Assembly: GCA_965243205.1 (NCBI GenBank)
Contig: CBDEUK010000002.1
Coordinates: 544,001-608,000 of the forward strand
Direction: 5' to 3'
Length of the DNA stretch: 64,000 nt
Source: Gammaproteobacteria bacterium
Lineage (GTDB): Bacteria; Pseudomonadota; Gammaproteobacteria; Eutrophobiales; Eutrophobiaceae
The notes under the pieces are model-generated. The model was not told where the DNA came from, made no database searches, and saw only the letters and a list, made by a program, of their open reading frames with translations. Both the position numbers and the translations under genes were made by a program. Positions 32,856-42,134 of this stretch are shown one piece after another. Position 1 is the first letter of the stretch. Each line of letters starts with the position of its first letter.

Positions 32856-33878
32856 ATTAGTAAAATACCTGCGACCTTGATCGAAGGTGATGGCATTGGG
32901 CCAGAAATTCTTGAAGCTACTGTCAATGTTCTTGATGCATTAGGTTCACCCTTTCAATGGGAACGTCACAAAGCTGGAATGGCAGCAATGGATTCTGACG
33001 GTGACCCTTTACCGCAATCGATGTTAGACAACATTCATAAAACACGTTTAGCATTAAAAGCACCATTAACCACTCCCGTAGGCAAAGGCTTTCGTTCTGC
33101 TAATGTACGTCTTCGTGAAGAATTCGGACTTTATGCTAATGTACGTCCTGCTCGTACTTATGTTCCAGGCCGATTTGAAGATATAGATTTAGTCTTATTA
33201 CGAGAAAACATGGGTGGTTTTTATGTCGGTGTAGAACATTTTATCCCTATTGATGATGACCCACATGCTGTTGCAGAAGCCACTGGTATTATTACACGCA
33301 GTGGCGTTAAACGTATTGCAGAATTTGCATTCGATTACGCGGTTAAACACAAACGCAAAAAAGTAACCATCGTTCACAAAGCGAATATCTTAAAATCATT
33401 AACAGGCCTGTTTCTAGAAACAGCTATGGATATTGGTAAGAAATACGAAGAACAAATTGAAATTGAAGAACGCATCGTTGATAACACTGCAATGCAACTA
33501 GTCATTAACCCTTCTCAATTTGATGTCTTACTAACTACTAATATGTTTGGTGATATTTTATCGGACGAAATCGCGGGATTAGTCGGTGGCCTTGGCTTAG
33601 CACCAGGTGGAAATATTGGTAAAGATGCTGCTATTTTCGAAGCCGTTCATGGTTCAGCCCCAGATATCGCAGGCAAAGGAATCGCTAACCCTACTGCATT
33701 AATGCTTGCTGCAGCAATGATGTTAGAACACAATGATTTGCATCAAGAAGGCGAGACATTGAGAACAGCTATCCGACAAACTTTAAACGAAGATAATATA
33801 AAAACCGGTGATTTAGGTGGTAATACTTCTACTAAAGACTATACAGCTGCAATAATAAAACGCATCGAACAATCATAG
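32856..33878 (+). CDS. Isocitrate/isopropylmalate dehydrogenase family, probably NAD-dependent isocitrate dehydrogenase; likely ATT start
   Basis: GDGIGPEI, SANVRLR, HKANILK, NMFGDILSD, FEAVHGSAPDIAGK. GGAG SD 7 nt before an in-frame ATT at 32856; the ORF track uses TTG 32877. Confidence 0.88.
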   Translation: MSKIPATLIEGDGIGPEILEATVNVLDALGSPFQWERHKAGMAAMDSDGDPLPQSMLDNIHKTRLALKAPLTTPVGKGFRSANVRLREEFGLYANVRPARTYVPGRFEDIDLVLLRENMGGFYVGVEHFIPIDDDPHAVAEATGIITRSGVKRIAEFAFDYAVKHKRKKVTIVHKANILKSLTGLFLETAMDIGKKYEEQIEIEERIVDNTAMQLVINPSQFDVLLTTNMFGDILSDEIAGLVGGLGLAPGGNIGKDAAIFEAVHGSAPDIAGKGIANPTALMLAAAMMLEHNDLHQEGETLRTAIRQTLNEDNIKTGDLGGNTSTKDYTAAIIKRIEQS

Positions 33879-34730
33879 AGAGCTTAATAACTCTAAATCT
33901 TGCTCAGAAAAATCTATTTCATGTGCCAGCATACTCGATTGAACTGTTCTTGTTTTGCTGGCGCCTGGAATAGCGATTAAAGGGTAATCTCTTTGAATCA
34001 ACCAAGCCAATGCGATTACATAAGCACTGGTTCCATGGGTTTCAGCAACTTGCTGTAACTTCTTATCAGCCATTAAATCCTTGTGACGATAATGTCCACC
34101 CACTGGACTATGGCATATATAACTAATGTTATTATCACGACAAAATTCTGCTGTCCCGTTCTCAAGATCTTGAGCTTGAAAAATATTGCATCGATTTTGA
34201 ACTGTTAAAATTTCTGTTTGTTTTAATGCTTCAGCAATCTGTTTTCTACCAACATTACATAAACCTATATGTTTAATATGGCCTTCATTTTTTAAAGCAA
34301 CTAATTCTCCTATAGATTCATCAAATGGAATATCAGGATCAGGAGCATGTAATTGATATAAAAAAATTGAACGCAATTTTAATTCAGTTAAACTATTTTC
34401 ACAGCTAATTCGTAACCACATAGGACTAGCATCCACTGCCCAATCATTATTTAATCGCCTTAGCCCACCTTTTGTAGCAACTTTAATATCATCAGGTGCA
34501 TTTAATTCTTTTAAAGCGCGAGCTATCAATCGTTCATTATGTCCAACATCACTTTTATCTGAACAATAAACATTTGCCGTATCGATAAAATTACCACCTG
34601 ATTCAATAAAGGCATTAATAACATCAAACGCTATTTGTTCGTCAGGATGACCTGGTAAAGATAACGGCATCGCACCAAGCCCAATTGTATTGACTTCTAT
34701 GTCAGTATTTCCAAGTTTACATGTATGCAT
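33873..34730 (-). CDS. Aldo/keto reductase
   Basis: IGLGAM, IDTANVY, ATKGG, LYQLH, IPGA. Confidence 0.9.
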   Translation of the reverse strand: MHTCKLGNTDIEVNTIGLGAMPLSLPGHPDEQIAFDVINAFIESGGNFIDTANVYCSDKSDVGHNERLIARALKELNAPDDIKVATKGGLRRLNNDWAVDASPMWLRISCENSLTELKLRSIFLYQLHAPDPDIPFDESIGELVALKNEGHIKHIGLCNVGRKQIAEALKQTEILTVQNRCNIFQAQDLENGTAEFCRDNNISYICHSPVGGHYRHKDLMADKKLQQVAETHGTSAYVIALAWLIQRDYPLIAIPGASKTRTVQSSMLAHEIDFSEQDLELLSSL

Positions 34731-34747
34731 AATGTAGTTTTTTATAA

Positions 34748-35446
34748 TTATTTTTTTGGATAGTCTATAGCTTCAATAAGCTTTGCAGAATTATAAGTTT
34801 TATTATTTAAATCTTCCTTAATTTTATTTTCAACGGCAGTTCTTCCTAAAGAAATAACTTCATCATCTATAACTGTTAAAAGTGTACCGATTTTAGCAAA
34901 TAGTTCTTTATCCAATTGCTCATTTAAATGATTATAAGTTGTTGGATTTAAATATATTGCTAATAAGTTCTCAGTTTTTAAGCCCTGTGTCAAAAAAGGA
35001 TAATTAAATACGAACCCTGGCTCTGAAAAAGCCATAACAGCTGCATTTTTATTCTCATGTTCTTCTCTGAAATAACTCGTTGAGAAACATATTAATCCTG
35101 AGTCATTACTTTCTTCCCATATTCGAGCAACCGTTAATGCATCAGATAACTCGTGTGAGACAAAATAGATATCCAATTCTTTTTCTAAAGCTGAATGTGG
35201 ATTAGAGCTCGAAAAATTTATAAAGTGATCGGAAAGAAGAGATTGAAGAATAGATGACTGCATACCTCGGAATAGTATTCCACCTTCATCATATATTAAT
35301 GGTAAAAAACTATAACCCTTGCTTAATAGTTCATTAATTTTATGATGCCAATCAGTCAATATTAGCTTTTCATCAGTAGAGCCAGCTCTAGAATTTGATT
35401 CATATGCTGTGACTAATCCGTTAGAATTATTTTTATGGTTTGCCAT
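34748..35446 (-). CDS. Hypothetical protein (possible ADP-ribosyltransferase-like fold, see findings)
   Basis: 232-aa ORF co-oriented with and 17 bp upstream of the aldo/keto reductase; no firm family. Confidence 0.65.
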   Translation of the reverse strand: MANHKNNSNGLVTAYESNSRAGSTDEKLILTDWHHKINELLSKGYSFLPLIYDEGGILFRGMQSSILQSLLSDHFINFSSSNPHSALEKELDIYFVSHELSDALTVARIWEESNDSGLICFSTSYFREEHENKNAAVMAFSEPGFVFNYPFLTQGLKTENLLAIYLNPTTYNHLNEQLDKELFAKIGTLLTVIDDEVISLGRTAVENKIKEDLNNKTYNSAKLIEAIDYPKK

Positions 35447-35531
35447 TTATTTTTAATTTAGCCAAAAAAATTTGTTCGCAGTGTAACCTATGTTTTGCAA
35501 ATAAAAAACTTAACAAGCTGATTAGCAATTT

Positions 35532-36494
35532 ATGAAAACAGGTCTTATTTACGATGAATTATTTTTAAGACATGATACTGGTCAAGGTCATCCTGAATGC
35601 GCTGAACGTTTATCCTATACGATAAATACTTTGGTTCAACAAAGTTGGTTTGCATCGTTAAATATATACACATCGACTACTACTGATATTTCACATATAG
35701 CCTTAATTCATAATCTACAACAAATAGAAAAAATTAAAAAAGCCTGTATAGAAAAACAAGCTTATATAGACTCTATGGATGTCAGTATCTGCGAACAATC
35801 TTATAACATTGCCTTACATGCTGTTGGTTCCGTCTTGTCTTTAGCAGATAATATTATGAATCAGAACTTAGATAATGCATTTGCATTGATCAGGCCACCT
35901 GGCCATCATGCTGAAAAGGAACAAGCACTAGGTTTTTGTTTATTTAATAATGTCGCCATTCTTGCTCGATATCTGCAAACACAATTTCAATTGGATAAAA
36001 TTCTGATAATCGATTGGGATGTCCATCATGGCAATGGAACACAACATATTTTCGAAGAAGACCCTTCTATACTTTACATTAGTACTCACCAATACCCTTA
36101 TTATCCAGGTACAGGTGCTTATAGCGAAGAAGGTATTGGTCGAGGCAAAGGAGCAACTTTAAACTGTCCAATGAATGCTGGTGACGGGGATTTGCAATAC
36201 GAATCCGCTTTTATAGAAAAGATTCTACCTAAAATAGATTCATTCAAACCTGAATTTATTATTATTTCTGCTGGTTTTGATGCTCATACGCAAGATCCTC
36301 TCGGACAGATAAATTTAAGCACTGAGTTTTATGCTTGGATGACTGAAAGAATTATTGAAAAAGCAGAAAAATATTGCGAAGGTCGTATCCTTTCAGTATT
36401 AGAAGGTGGTTATCATTTAGAAATGCTGGCACGATGTGTTACTAAACATCTAGAAGTATTATCAAATAATCAGAATTGGAGTAATTACCCTTAA
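35532..36494 (+). CDS. Histone deacetylase family Zn-dependent amidohydrolase
   Basis: HPECAERL, RPPGHHA, GFCLFNN, DWDVHHGNGTQ, SAGFDAH, LEGGY. Confidence 0.94.
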   Translation: MKTGLIYDELFLRHDTGQGHPECAERLSYTINTLVQQSWFASLNIYTSTTTDISHIALIHNLQQIEKIKKACIEKQAYIDSMDVSICEQSYNIALHAVGSVLSLADNIMNQNLDNAFALIRPPGHHAEKEQALGFCLFNNVAILARYLQTQFQLDKILIIDWDVHHGNGTQHIFEEDPSILYISTHQYPYYPGTGAYSEEGIGRGKGATLNCPMNAGDGDLQYESAFIEKILPKIDSFKPEFIIISAGFDAHTQDPLGQINLSTEFYAWMTERIIEKAEKYCEGRILSVLEGGYHLEMLARCVTKHLEVLSNNQNWSNYP

Positions 36495-36503
36495 TTTTTT
36501 ATT

Positions 36504-36851
36504 ATGGAAACTTGGCAATTATTATTTTTAGGGCCTTTTGCAACGGCTTTTTTAGTGTGGTTAATTTCACCAATTTTATTGATCACAATTCCAGCATTTA
36601 CCATTATCGCGATAAAAAAATATTACCGAAAAGAAGATATTGGCTTTTATAAATTAACTAAAGCCTTTGTCATAACCGTTTTATTTCAGTTATTCGTTTT
36701 TACCGCTCTTGATTACTGTTTACCCATGATTTGGCAGCCGAATCCAAGCTACTTAACCACAGGTGCTAGTTTTTTCTCATCACAGGTATTAGGTTTTATT
36801 TTAATGATCTATTTGCTCAGTCATTATGATGCCACTAAATCACCAAACTAG
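36504..36851 (+). CDS. Small hypothetical membrane protein
   Basis: Three hydrophobic segments; 9 bp downstream of the deacetylase. Confidence 0.6.
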   Translation: METWQLLFLGPFATAFLVWLISPILLITIPAFTIIAIKKYYRKEDIGFYKLTKAFVITVLFQLFVFTALDYCLPMIWQPNPSYLTTGASFFSSQVLGFILMIYLLSHYDATKSPN

Positions 36852-36858
36852 CTGAGTA

Positions 36859-37302
36859 CTACTTACACCATTTATCGACATTACCTTGCAATTGCTCTTT
36901 GCGGGCTTGAATCTCCTCTTCTGCAGCCCACTTTATATTTCCATCATCGCCTTTAATTTTAACTCTTCCGGCTGAATTTAATTCAGCTAGAAGTTTTTTA
37001 GAATTTTTACAATTTTGTTTTTTTATCTCCGCATTTTCTGCATCCACCTTTTCCTTTTCTTCTGGGCTTAATTCCGATTTTTGATCAGAGTCTGCATTGG
37101 GTTTTGCTTCAGTACTAATTTTAGTAGGTGCTGGCGGCACAGGAGGTGCTTTAGGGGTTTTGATCGTCTCGATATTATCTGCATCAGCAGGTTTGGTCTG
37201 CGAATAGGTTACATTGCCATCTGCATCAATGATTTTATAGACTTTTGCTTGAACTAAGAAAGAAGCTAATAACAACAAAAGTATGACTAATAACCTATTC
37301 AT
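36859..37302 (-). CDS. DUF4124-type exported protein
   Basis: Signal peptide, VYKIIDADGNVTYSQTKP, Pro-rich linker, C..C pair; ATG 37302 after GGAGAG. Confidence 0.8.
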   Translation of the reverse strand: MNRLLVILLLLLASFLVQAKVYKIIDADGNVTYSQTKPADADNIETIKTPKAPPVPPAPTKISTEAKPNADSDQKSELSPEEKEKVDAENAEIKKQNCKNSKKLLAELNSAGRVKIKGDDGNIKWAAEEEIQARKEQLQGNVDKWCK

Positions 37303-37421
37303 AACAGCTCTCCATATCGAGAAATTATTGAAAAATGAATGCATTAGGTAATTATAGTAAGATTTCTCTGAAAAAGGCATAATTACTTATCTCTGACTCA
37401 TTAACATGTGAACCGATTATC

Positions 37422-37865
37422 ATGGAAAAATTCATTTACTTAATTGTTTTATGTCTCAGTTGTCTACTTTCTACTCAATCCCACGCTGTGAAAATCATGC
37501 TTTGTCAGGATGAAAGCGGTGAAACCATATATATGGAGACCTGCCCGCCTGGTACTGAAATTTTGCAAGAACGCAAATATTATGTTGAGAAAAAACCAGA
37601 ACCGGAAGTACCTACGGTAACCATGTATTTTGTTCCAGATTCACCTTGGTTACAGGAATTAAGAAATTATTTTTCTCGATATGAAATTCCTATCCTCGAA
37701 AAAAATGTCTCTGATAGTGTTGAGTTACAGCAAGAATTAATAGATACCTCCGGCGAACTCATTGTTCCTACCGTTAAACTCAATGAGGAAATTTATAAAG
37801 GCTATTTTCCAAATAAAATGGATAAACAAATAGAAGAAGCGGGCTATACACTCGAAAAAGAGTAG
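37422..37865 (+). CDS. Exported protein: DUF4124-like N-terminus plus glutaredoxin-like domain lacking CxxC
   Basis: Signal peptide, CQDESGETIYMETCP, then VTMY..DSPWL...EKNV...VPT...GY thioredoxin-fold pattern. Confidence 0.7.
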   Translation: MEKFIYLIVLCLSCLLSTQSHAVKIMLCQDESGETIYMETCPPGTEILQERKYYVEKKPEPEVPTVTMYFVPDSPWLQELRNYFSRYEIPILEKNVSDSVELQQELIDTSGELIVPTVKLNEEIYKGYFPNKMDKQIEEAGYTLEKE

Positions 37866-37871
37866 TTAAAG

Positions 37872-39194
37872 TCAATTATCTAGATATTCGCCAAATAAAT
37901 CATATTCATCACTAGCTGTAATACTGACTTTTAATACATCACCAGGCTGAACAGATGTATTAGCCGGCAAGATTACATTGCCATCAATTTCTGGAGCATC
38001 TGCATAACTACGTGCCACAACATTCTCAGCATTAACTTCATCCACCAAGACTTCGATTTCTTGGCCAATTTTATGAGTTAATTTTTCTTGGCTAATTTTC
38101 GCCTGAACTTGCATGAAGTGATCCCAACGATCGGCTTTTAATTCATTTGGTACTGGTTCAGCAATCTCATTCGCTGCTGCGCCTTCAACATCAGAATATT
38201 GAAAGCAGCCTACTCTGTCTAATTTCGCTTCTTCCAAAAAATCCAATAAATGCTCAAAATCCTCTTCTGTTTCACCAGGAAAACCCACAATAAAAGTAGA
38301 GCGTAGAGTAATATCAGGGCAGATCTCACGCCAAGCTTGTATGCGTTTTAAGGTATTTTCTGTCGCCGCTGGTCGCCGCATCGACTTCAAAACTGTAGGA
38401 CTACTGTGTTGGAATGGAATATCTAAATAAGGCAAAATCTTGCCTTCAGTCATTAAAGGAATGATCTCATCGACATGAGGGTACGGATACACATAATGCA
38501 AACGTATCCAAACCCCTAAACTACTTAAAGCTTCGCATAAACCTTTCATAGAGGCTTTTACTGGTCTACCCTGCCAAAAGCCAGTCTGATATTTGATATC
38601 TGAACCATAAGCACTGGTATCTTGGGAAATCACTAATAATTCCTTCACGCCCGCGTTTACTAAACGCTCAGCTTCATTCATCACATCCCCAATATCTCGA
38701 CTGGTTAAACGACCACGCATTGAGGGAATAATGCAAAAGCTGCATTTATGATTGCAACCCTCAGAAATCTTCAAATAAGCATAATGACGTGGCGTCAGCT
38801 TAATGCCTTGTGGTGGGACTAAATCAGTAAACGGATCATGTTCTTTGCTAATAGGTGCATGCTCATGCACCGCTCCTACTACGGATTCATACTGTTGGGG
38901 GCCAGTCACGCTCAATACATTTGGATGCTGCTCACGAATTTCATCTTCATGTACACCCAAACACCCGGTCACAATCACCTTACCGTTTTCTTCCAAAGCC
39001 TCGCCAATTGCTTCTAAGGACTCCGCTTTAGCACTATCAATAAAACCACAAGTATTCACGACGACCACATTCGCATCTTGGTAATCTGAGCCAATTTCAT
39101 AACCGTCTGTACGCAATTGAGTCAAAATACGCTCAGAATCGACTAAAGCCTTGGGACAGCCCAAGCTAATAAAACCTACTTTTGGTGTTGCCAT
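37872..39194 (-). CDS. rimO: Ribosomal protein S12 methylthiotransferase
   Basis: [41 protein letters not shown]. Confidence 0.97.
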   Translation of the reverse strand: MATPKVGFISLGCPKALVDSERILTQLRTDGYEIGSDYQDANVVVVNTCGFIDSAKAESLEAIGEALEENGKVIVTGCLGVHEDEIREQHPNVLSVTGPQQYESVVGAVHEHAPISKEHDPFTDLVPPQGIKLTPRHYAYLKISEGCNHKCSFCIIPSMRGRLTSRDIGDVMNEAERLVNAGVKELLVISQDTSAYGSDIKYQTGFWQGRPVKASMKGLCEALSSLGVWIRLHYVYPYPHVDEIIPLMTEGKILPYLDIPFQHSSPTVLKSMRRPAATENTLKRIQAWREICPDITLRSTFIVGFPGETEEDFEHLLDFLEEAKLDRVGCFQYSDVEGAAANEIAEPVPNELKADRWDHFMQVQAKISQEKLTHKIGQEIEVLVDEVNAENVVARSYADAPEIDGNVILPANTSVQPGDVLKVSITASDEYDLFGEYLDN

Positions 39195-39290
39195 GAATAC
39201 CCAGTTTGATTGAAAAGGCGGGCTATTCTATCCGAAACCCTTGCTGGAAACGAGATAGAAAATATTATTAAAAAACTTATGCCTAGTGCC

Positions 39291-39326
39291 TTGCAAAGCC
39301 AAGCCAGACTCGGTATAAATGCGCGC
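39291..39326 (+). promoter_or_regulatory. Sigma70 stable-RNA promoter for tRNA-Thr
   Basis: TTGCAA-17bp-TATAAA followed by a GCGCGC discriminator. Confidence 0.75.
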
Positions 39327-39358
39327 TCTCAAATGAGAAGCACACGTCTACACCCAGT

Positions 39359-39434
39359 GCCGACTTAGCTCAGTTGGTAGAGCACCCGCCTTGTAAGCGG
39401 ACGGTCGAGAGTTCGAGTCCCTCAGTCGGCACCA
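39359..39434 (+). tRNA. tRNA-Thr (anticodon TGT)
   Basis: 76 nt; acceptor stem GCCGACT/AGTCGGC, D arm, loop CTTGTAA, TTCGA, encoded CCA; close to E. coli thrU. Confidence 0.96.
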
Positions 39435-39613
39435 TTTTCTTTTTAAAGTTATTTATTAAATTCCAAATATTTTTCATTAATAAACAATATTTTATAATTA
39501 TTTATTAAAACCTTTCTTACTTAATAATATTTAAATTCTTCCCTTCATGTAAACAGCTTGTCATTATTATATTTCATACTGGTTCACTTAATTTTTTGCA
39601 TTACAATAACAAC

Positions 39614-40276
39614 ATGACAACAAAAAATACTCTGGTCGTTTTGGACTTCGACGGCTTTTTAATCAATTCTTATGAGCTCTTAAAACACACCTTCTCTCAA
39701 TTTGGCCTTGATGTGGGAGATGAAGAACGCTTCAAACATCGTCGCAAGTTTTTGAAATATATTGGTGGCGGTAAAGAATTTCTCGGTAACTTAGTTTCAT
39801 ACACTCTGCCGAAAAAGAAAAAGGTACGCCAAGCCTTAACCGAGTTATATATGGAGCAAGGAGTTATTTATCGAGAATTTAATGAACTGATCAATGAGAT
39901 GATTGCTGATCCAAAAATACACATTGGTATTGTCAGTCGAAATTTCACAATAAACCCTGGTACGACCATACGCCAAGTTCTGATCAACAGTGGCATTGAT
40001 GAAGCAAACCTAGATTTTGTAATCCCTATTCCAGTTGGTGTAAAAAAACATGCCATTCTTGAAAGCATGAAAGCTTCGCGCTATGAAAATACCTTATTCG
40101 GCGGCGATGAAATTGGCGATTACAAAGCCGCTATTGCAACAAGCTACGATAAAATCATGATTGGTAGCTATGGTTTTGATAACAGACAGCGTTTAATTGA
40201 AACCGGTAATATTCCACAAGCGCTTGTTTATGACACTCAAAGCGAGATAGTGGAAGCCTTTGAAAAAAGTTTATAA
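39614..40276 (+). CDS. HAD-superfamily hydrolase
   Basis: VVLDFDG motif I, IVS motif II, GDEIGD motif IV. Confidence 0.8.
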   Translation: MTTKNTLVVLDFDGFLINSYELLKHTFSQFGLDVGDEERFKHRRKFLKYIGGGKEFLGNLVSYTLPKKKKVRQALTELYMEQGVIYREFNELINEMIADPKIHIGIVSRNFTINPGTTIRQVLINSGIDEANLDFVIPIPVGVKKHAILESMKASRYENTLFGGDEIGDYKAAIATSYDKIMIGSYGFDNRQRLIETGNIPQALVYDTQSEIVEAFEKSL

Positions 40277-40433
40277 ATACATTTATTTTTTGAATACTTT
40301 AACTTAAAAAAATATTATTAAAAATACTATAAATTATTGATTTATAATATATTATTATTTTTTCTCATGTAATTTCTAACTAGATCAAATGTTAACTGGT
40401 TCACAGTTCAACTGATTGATCCATTCTTAAGAA

Positions 40434-40470
40434 TCGCCTAATCTGAAATAAAACACCCTCAGTTAGGCGA
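40434..40470 (+). promoter_or_regulatory. Hairpin masking the dinB ribosome-binding region
   Basis: TCGCCTAA(T)CTGA pairs with TCAGTTAGGCGA (12 bp, one bulge), ending 5 nt before the ATG. Confidence 0.55.
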
Positions 40471-40475
40471 ATCCA

Positions 40476-41747
40476 ATGTCATCAAAAACCAGCTGGCAAA
40501 AAATGATTGCATTTATTGATATGGATGCGTTTTTTGCTGCTATCGAAAAGATGGACAACCCCAAGTTAAAGCATACCCCTATAGGCGTAACCAATGGCGC
40601 ACAAGGTACTTGCTTAATTACCTGTTCTTATGAAGCTCGAGCATACGGTATACATACAGGTATGCGGCTTAAAGCTGCCCGAGAATTATGTCCGGAGCTC
40701 GTTCAATGTCCAGCTCGACCAACTCGTTATGCAGAAATCTCCACGGCGATTATGCGTAGCCTGCATAACATCAGCCCAGATATTGAAGTGTTCTCAGTCG
40801 ATGAAGCCTTTATTGATATCACTCATTGCCAACGTTATTGGAATCTAACACCTCGACAAATTGCACTTAAAATTCAACAAACTGTGTTTGAAGCTAGTGG
40901 CGTCACCTGTACTGTCGGTATTAGTGGCGATAAGACCACGGCTAAATATGCTGCGAAACAAGTCAAACCAAATCGAACTAATTATGTGGAACCCTGGCGC
41001 GCTCGAGAATTTTTAGAAGAAGTGCCCGTTACAAAACTGTGTGGTATTGGCAAAGGCATAGGACGTTTTCTTGAAGCCTATAAAGTAAAGACATGTGGTG
41101 ATATGGCAAAGCTTCCTATTAGTGTTCTTGGTAAACGCTTTGGTAATCCAGGAAAACGTATTTGGCATATGTGCCAAGGCACTGATCCTGCGAATCTCGA
41201 CACACGTATCTCTGCTCCCAAATCGATGGGGCATGGCAAGGTCATGCCACCAAACACTCGTGATCATAATATCGTCTTAACGTATTTAATCCACATGAGC
41301 GAAAAGCTTGCTGCGCGTTTACGTAAGCATCACTTACAAGCTCAATCTTTTTGGATTGCGTTACGCACAAATAAACAATGGTTTGGCGATAAATTTATAT
41401 GCGTATTTCCAACTGACCATAGTCAAGATATTATTCATCTCTGTGAAAGTTTGCTTAACTCATTACCAAACCAAGCAGGCGTTAGTGGCGTGCAAGTCAC
41501 TGCGATCGATCCAAGACCTACGGGACAACAAAGCGACCTATTTATTGAAATAGATGAAAAACAACAACAGGTCGATCATGTCATGGATTCTATTAATAAT
41601 CGTTATGGCGAATTTGCCTTAGCCCCAGCACAATTATTAAACCGTTCTAAAATGCCAAATGTTATCGCGCCAGCTTGGAAACCATATGGTCATAGGCAGT
41701 TTATTCCTAACGAAACCAATAAAGAATCGCATAGTCATATTTATTAG
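40476..41747 (+). CDS. dinB: Y-family DNA polymerase IV
   Basis: FIDMDAFFAAIE, SYEARAYG, SVDEAFID, KSMGH little-finger region. Confidence 0.93.
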   Translation: MSSKTSWQKMIAFIDMDAFFAAIEKMDNPKLKHTPIGVTNGAQGTCLITCSYEARAYGIHTGMRLKAARELCPELVQCPARPTRYAEISTAIMRSLHNISPDIEVFSVDEAFIDITHCQRYWNLTPRQIALKIQQTVFEASGVTCTVGISGDKTTAKYAAKQVKPNRTNYVEPWRAREFLEEVPVTKLCGIGKGIGRFLEAYKVKTCGDMAKLPISVLGKRFGNPGKRIWHMCQGTDPANLDTRISAPKSMGHGKVMPPNTRDHNIVLTYLIHMSEKLAARLRKHHLQAQSFWIALRTNKQWFGDKFICVFPTDHSQDIIHLCESLLNSLPNQAGVSGVQVTAIDPRPTGQQSDLFIEIDEKQQQVDHVMDSINNRYGEFALAPAQLLNRSKMPNVIAPAWKPYGHRQFIPNETNKESHSHIY

Positions 41748-41766
41748 TTTTTTCCATAATTTATAT

Positions 41767-42096
41767 ATGCAGCTAAATAACCTCACAACATATTGTTTGA
41801 TGATTTGTTTATTGCTTACAGGGTTTAATTACTCCATAAGTCAATTCTCAAACAATGAACGGGAACCTATTGGAATATCAGATACTGTATCTGAAAACAC
41901 AATAGCGCATGATTGTTGTGAGGATGACCAAAATAATATGAACTGTGCGGATCATTGTTTAAGTATTTTTTCAGCTTGTATACTTTTTAACCAACCAATC
42001 ATTACTAATTTTTATAAAAGACAATTATACGAATCTATTCAGATAGTTTTTCCAATCAATAAAAGTACTTCATTATATCGCCCTCCTATCGCCTAA
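41767..42096 (+). CDS. CopL/CutF/DUF2946-like Cys-rich leader protein with C-terminal RPP motif
   Basis: Hydrophobic N-terminus, HDCCED, CADHC, ends LYRPPIA; directly upstream of a multicopper oxidase. Confidence 0.75.
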   Translation: MQLNNLTTYCLMICLLLTGFNYSISQFSNNEREPIGISDTVSENTIAHDCCEDDQNNMNCADHCLSIFSACILFNQPIITNFYKRQLYESIQIVFPINKSTSLYRPPIA

Positions 42097-42127
42097 ACGT
42101 TTAGTTTTTTCTTTTAACGTTTAGGAG
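42083..42127 (+). promoter_or_regulatory. SD-sequestering hairpin between leader ORF and multicopper oxidase
   Basis: CCTAAACGTT (42092-42101) and AACGTTTAGG (42116-42125) form a perfect inverted repeat overlapping the AGGAG SD; CTCCTA (42083-42088) is also complementary to TAGGAG. Confidence 0.75.
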
Positions 42128-42134
42128 ATTAAAA

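Noticed and set aside
39359-39434. tRNA-Thr as a pseudogene because of A52:C62 and C27:A43 mismatches
   Set aside because: A52:C62 also occurs in E. coli thrU; promoter, CCA end and all arms are intact.
39543-39590. Pho box upstream of the HAD gene
   Set aside because: TCAT/TCAC half-sites are spaced 16, 13 and 10 bp, not the 11-bp period.
40396-40411. Canonical LexA box before dinB
   Set aside because: CTGGTTCACAGTTCAA lacks the terminal CAG and the AT-rich core.
41659-41766. Longer start for the copper leader ORF overlapping dinB
   Set aside because: It overlaps dinB by 89 bp; ATG 41767 puts the hydrophobic segment at the N-terminus.
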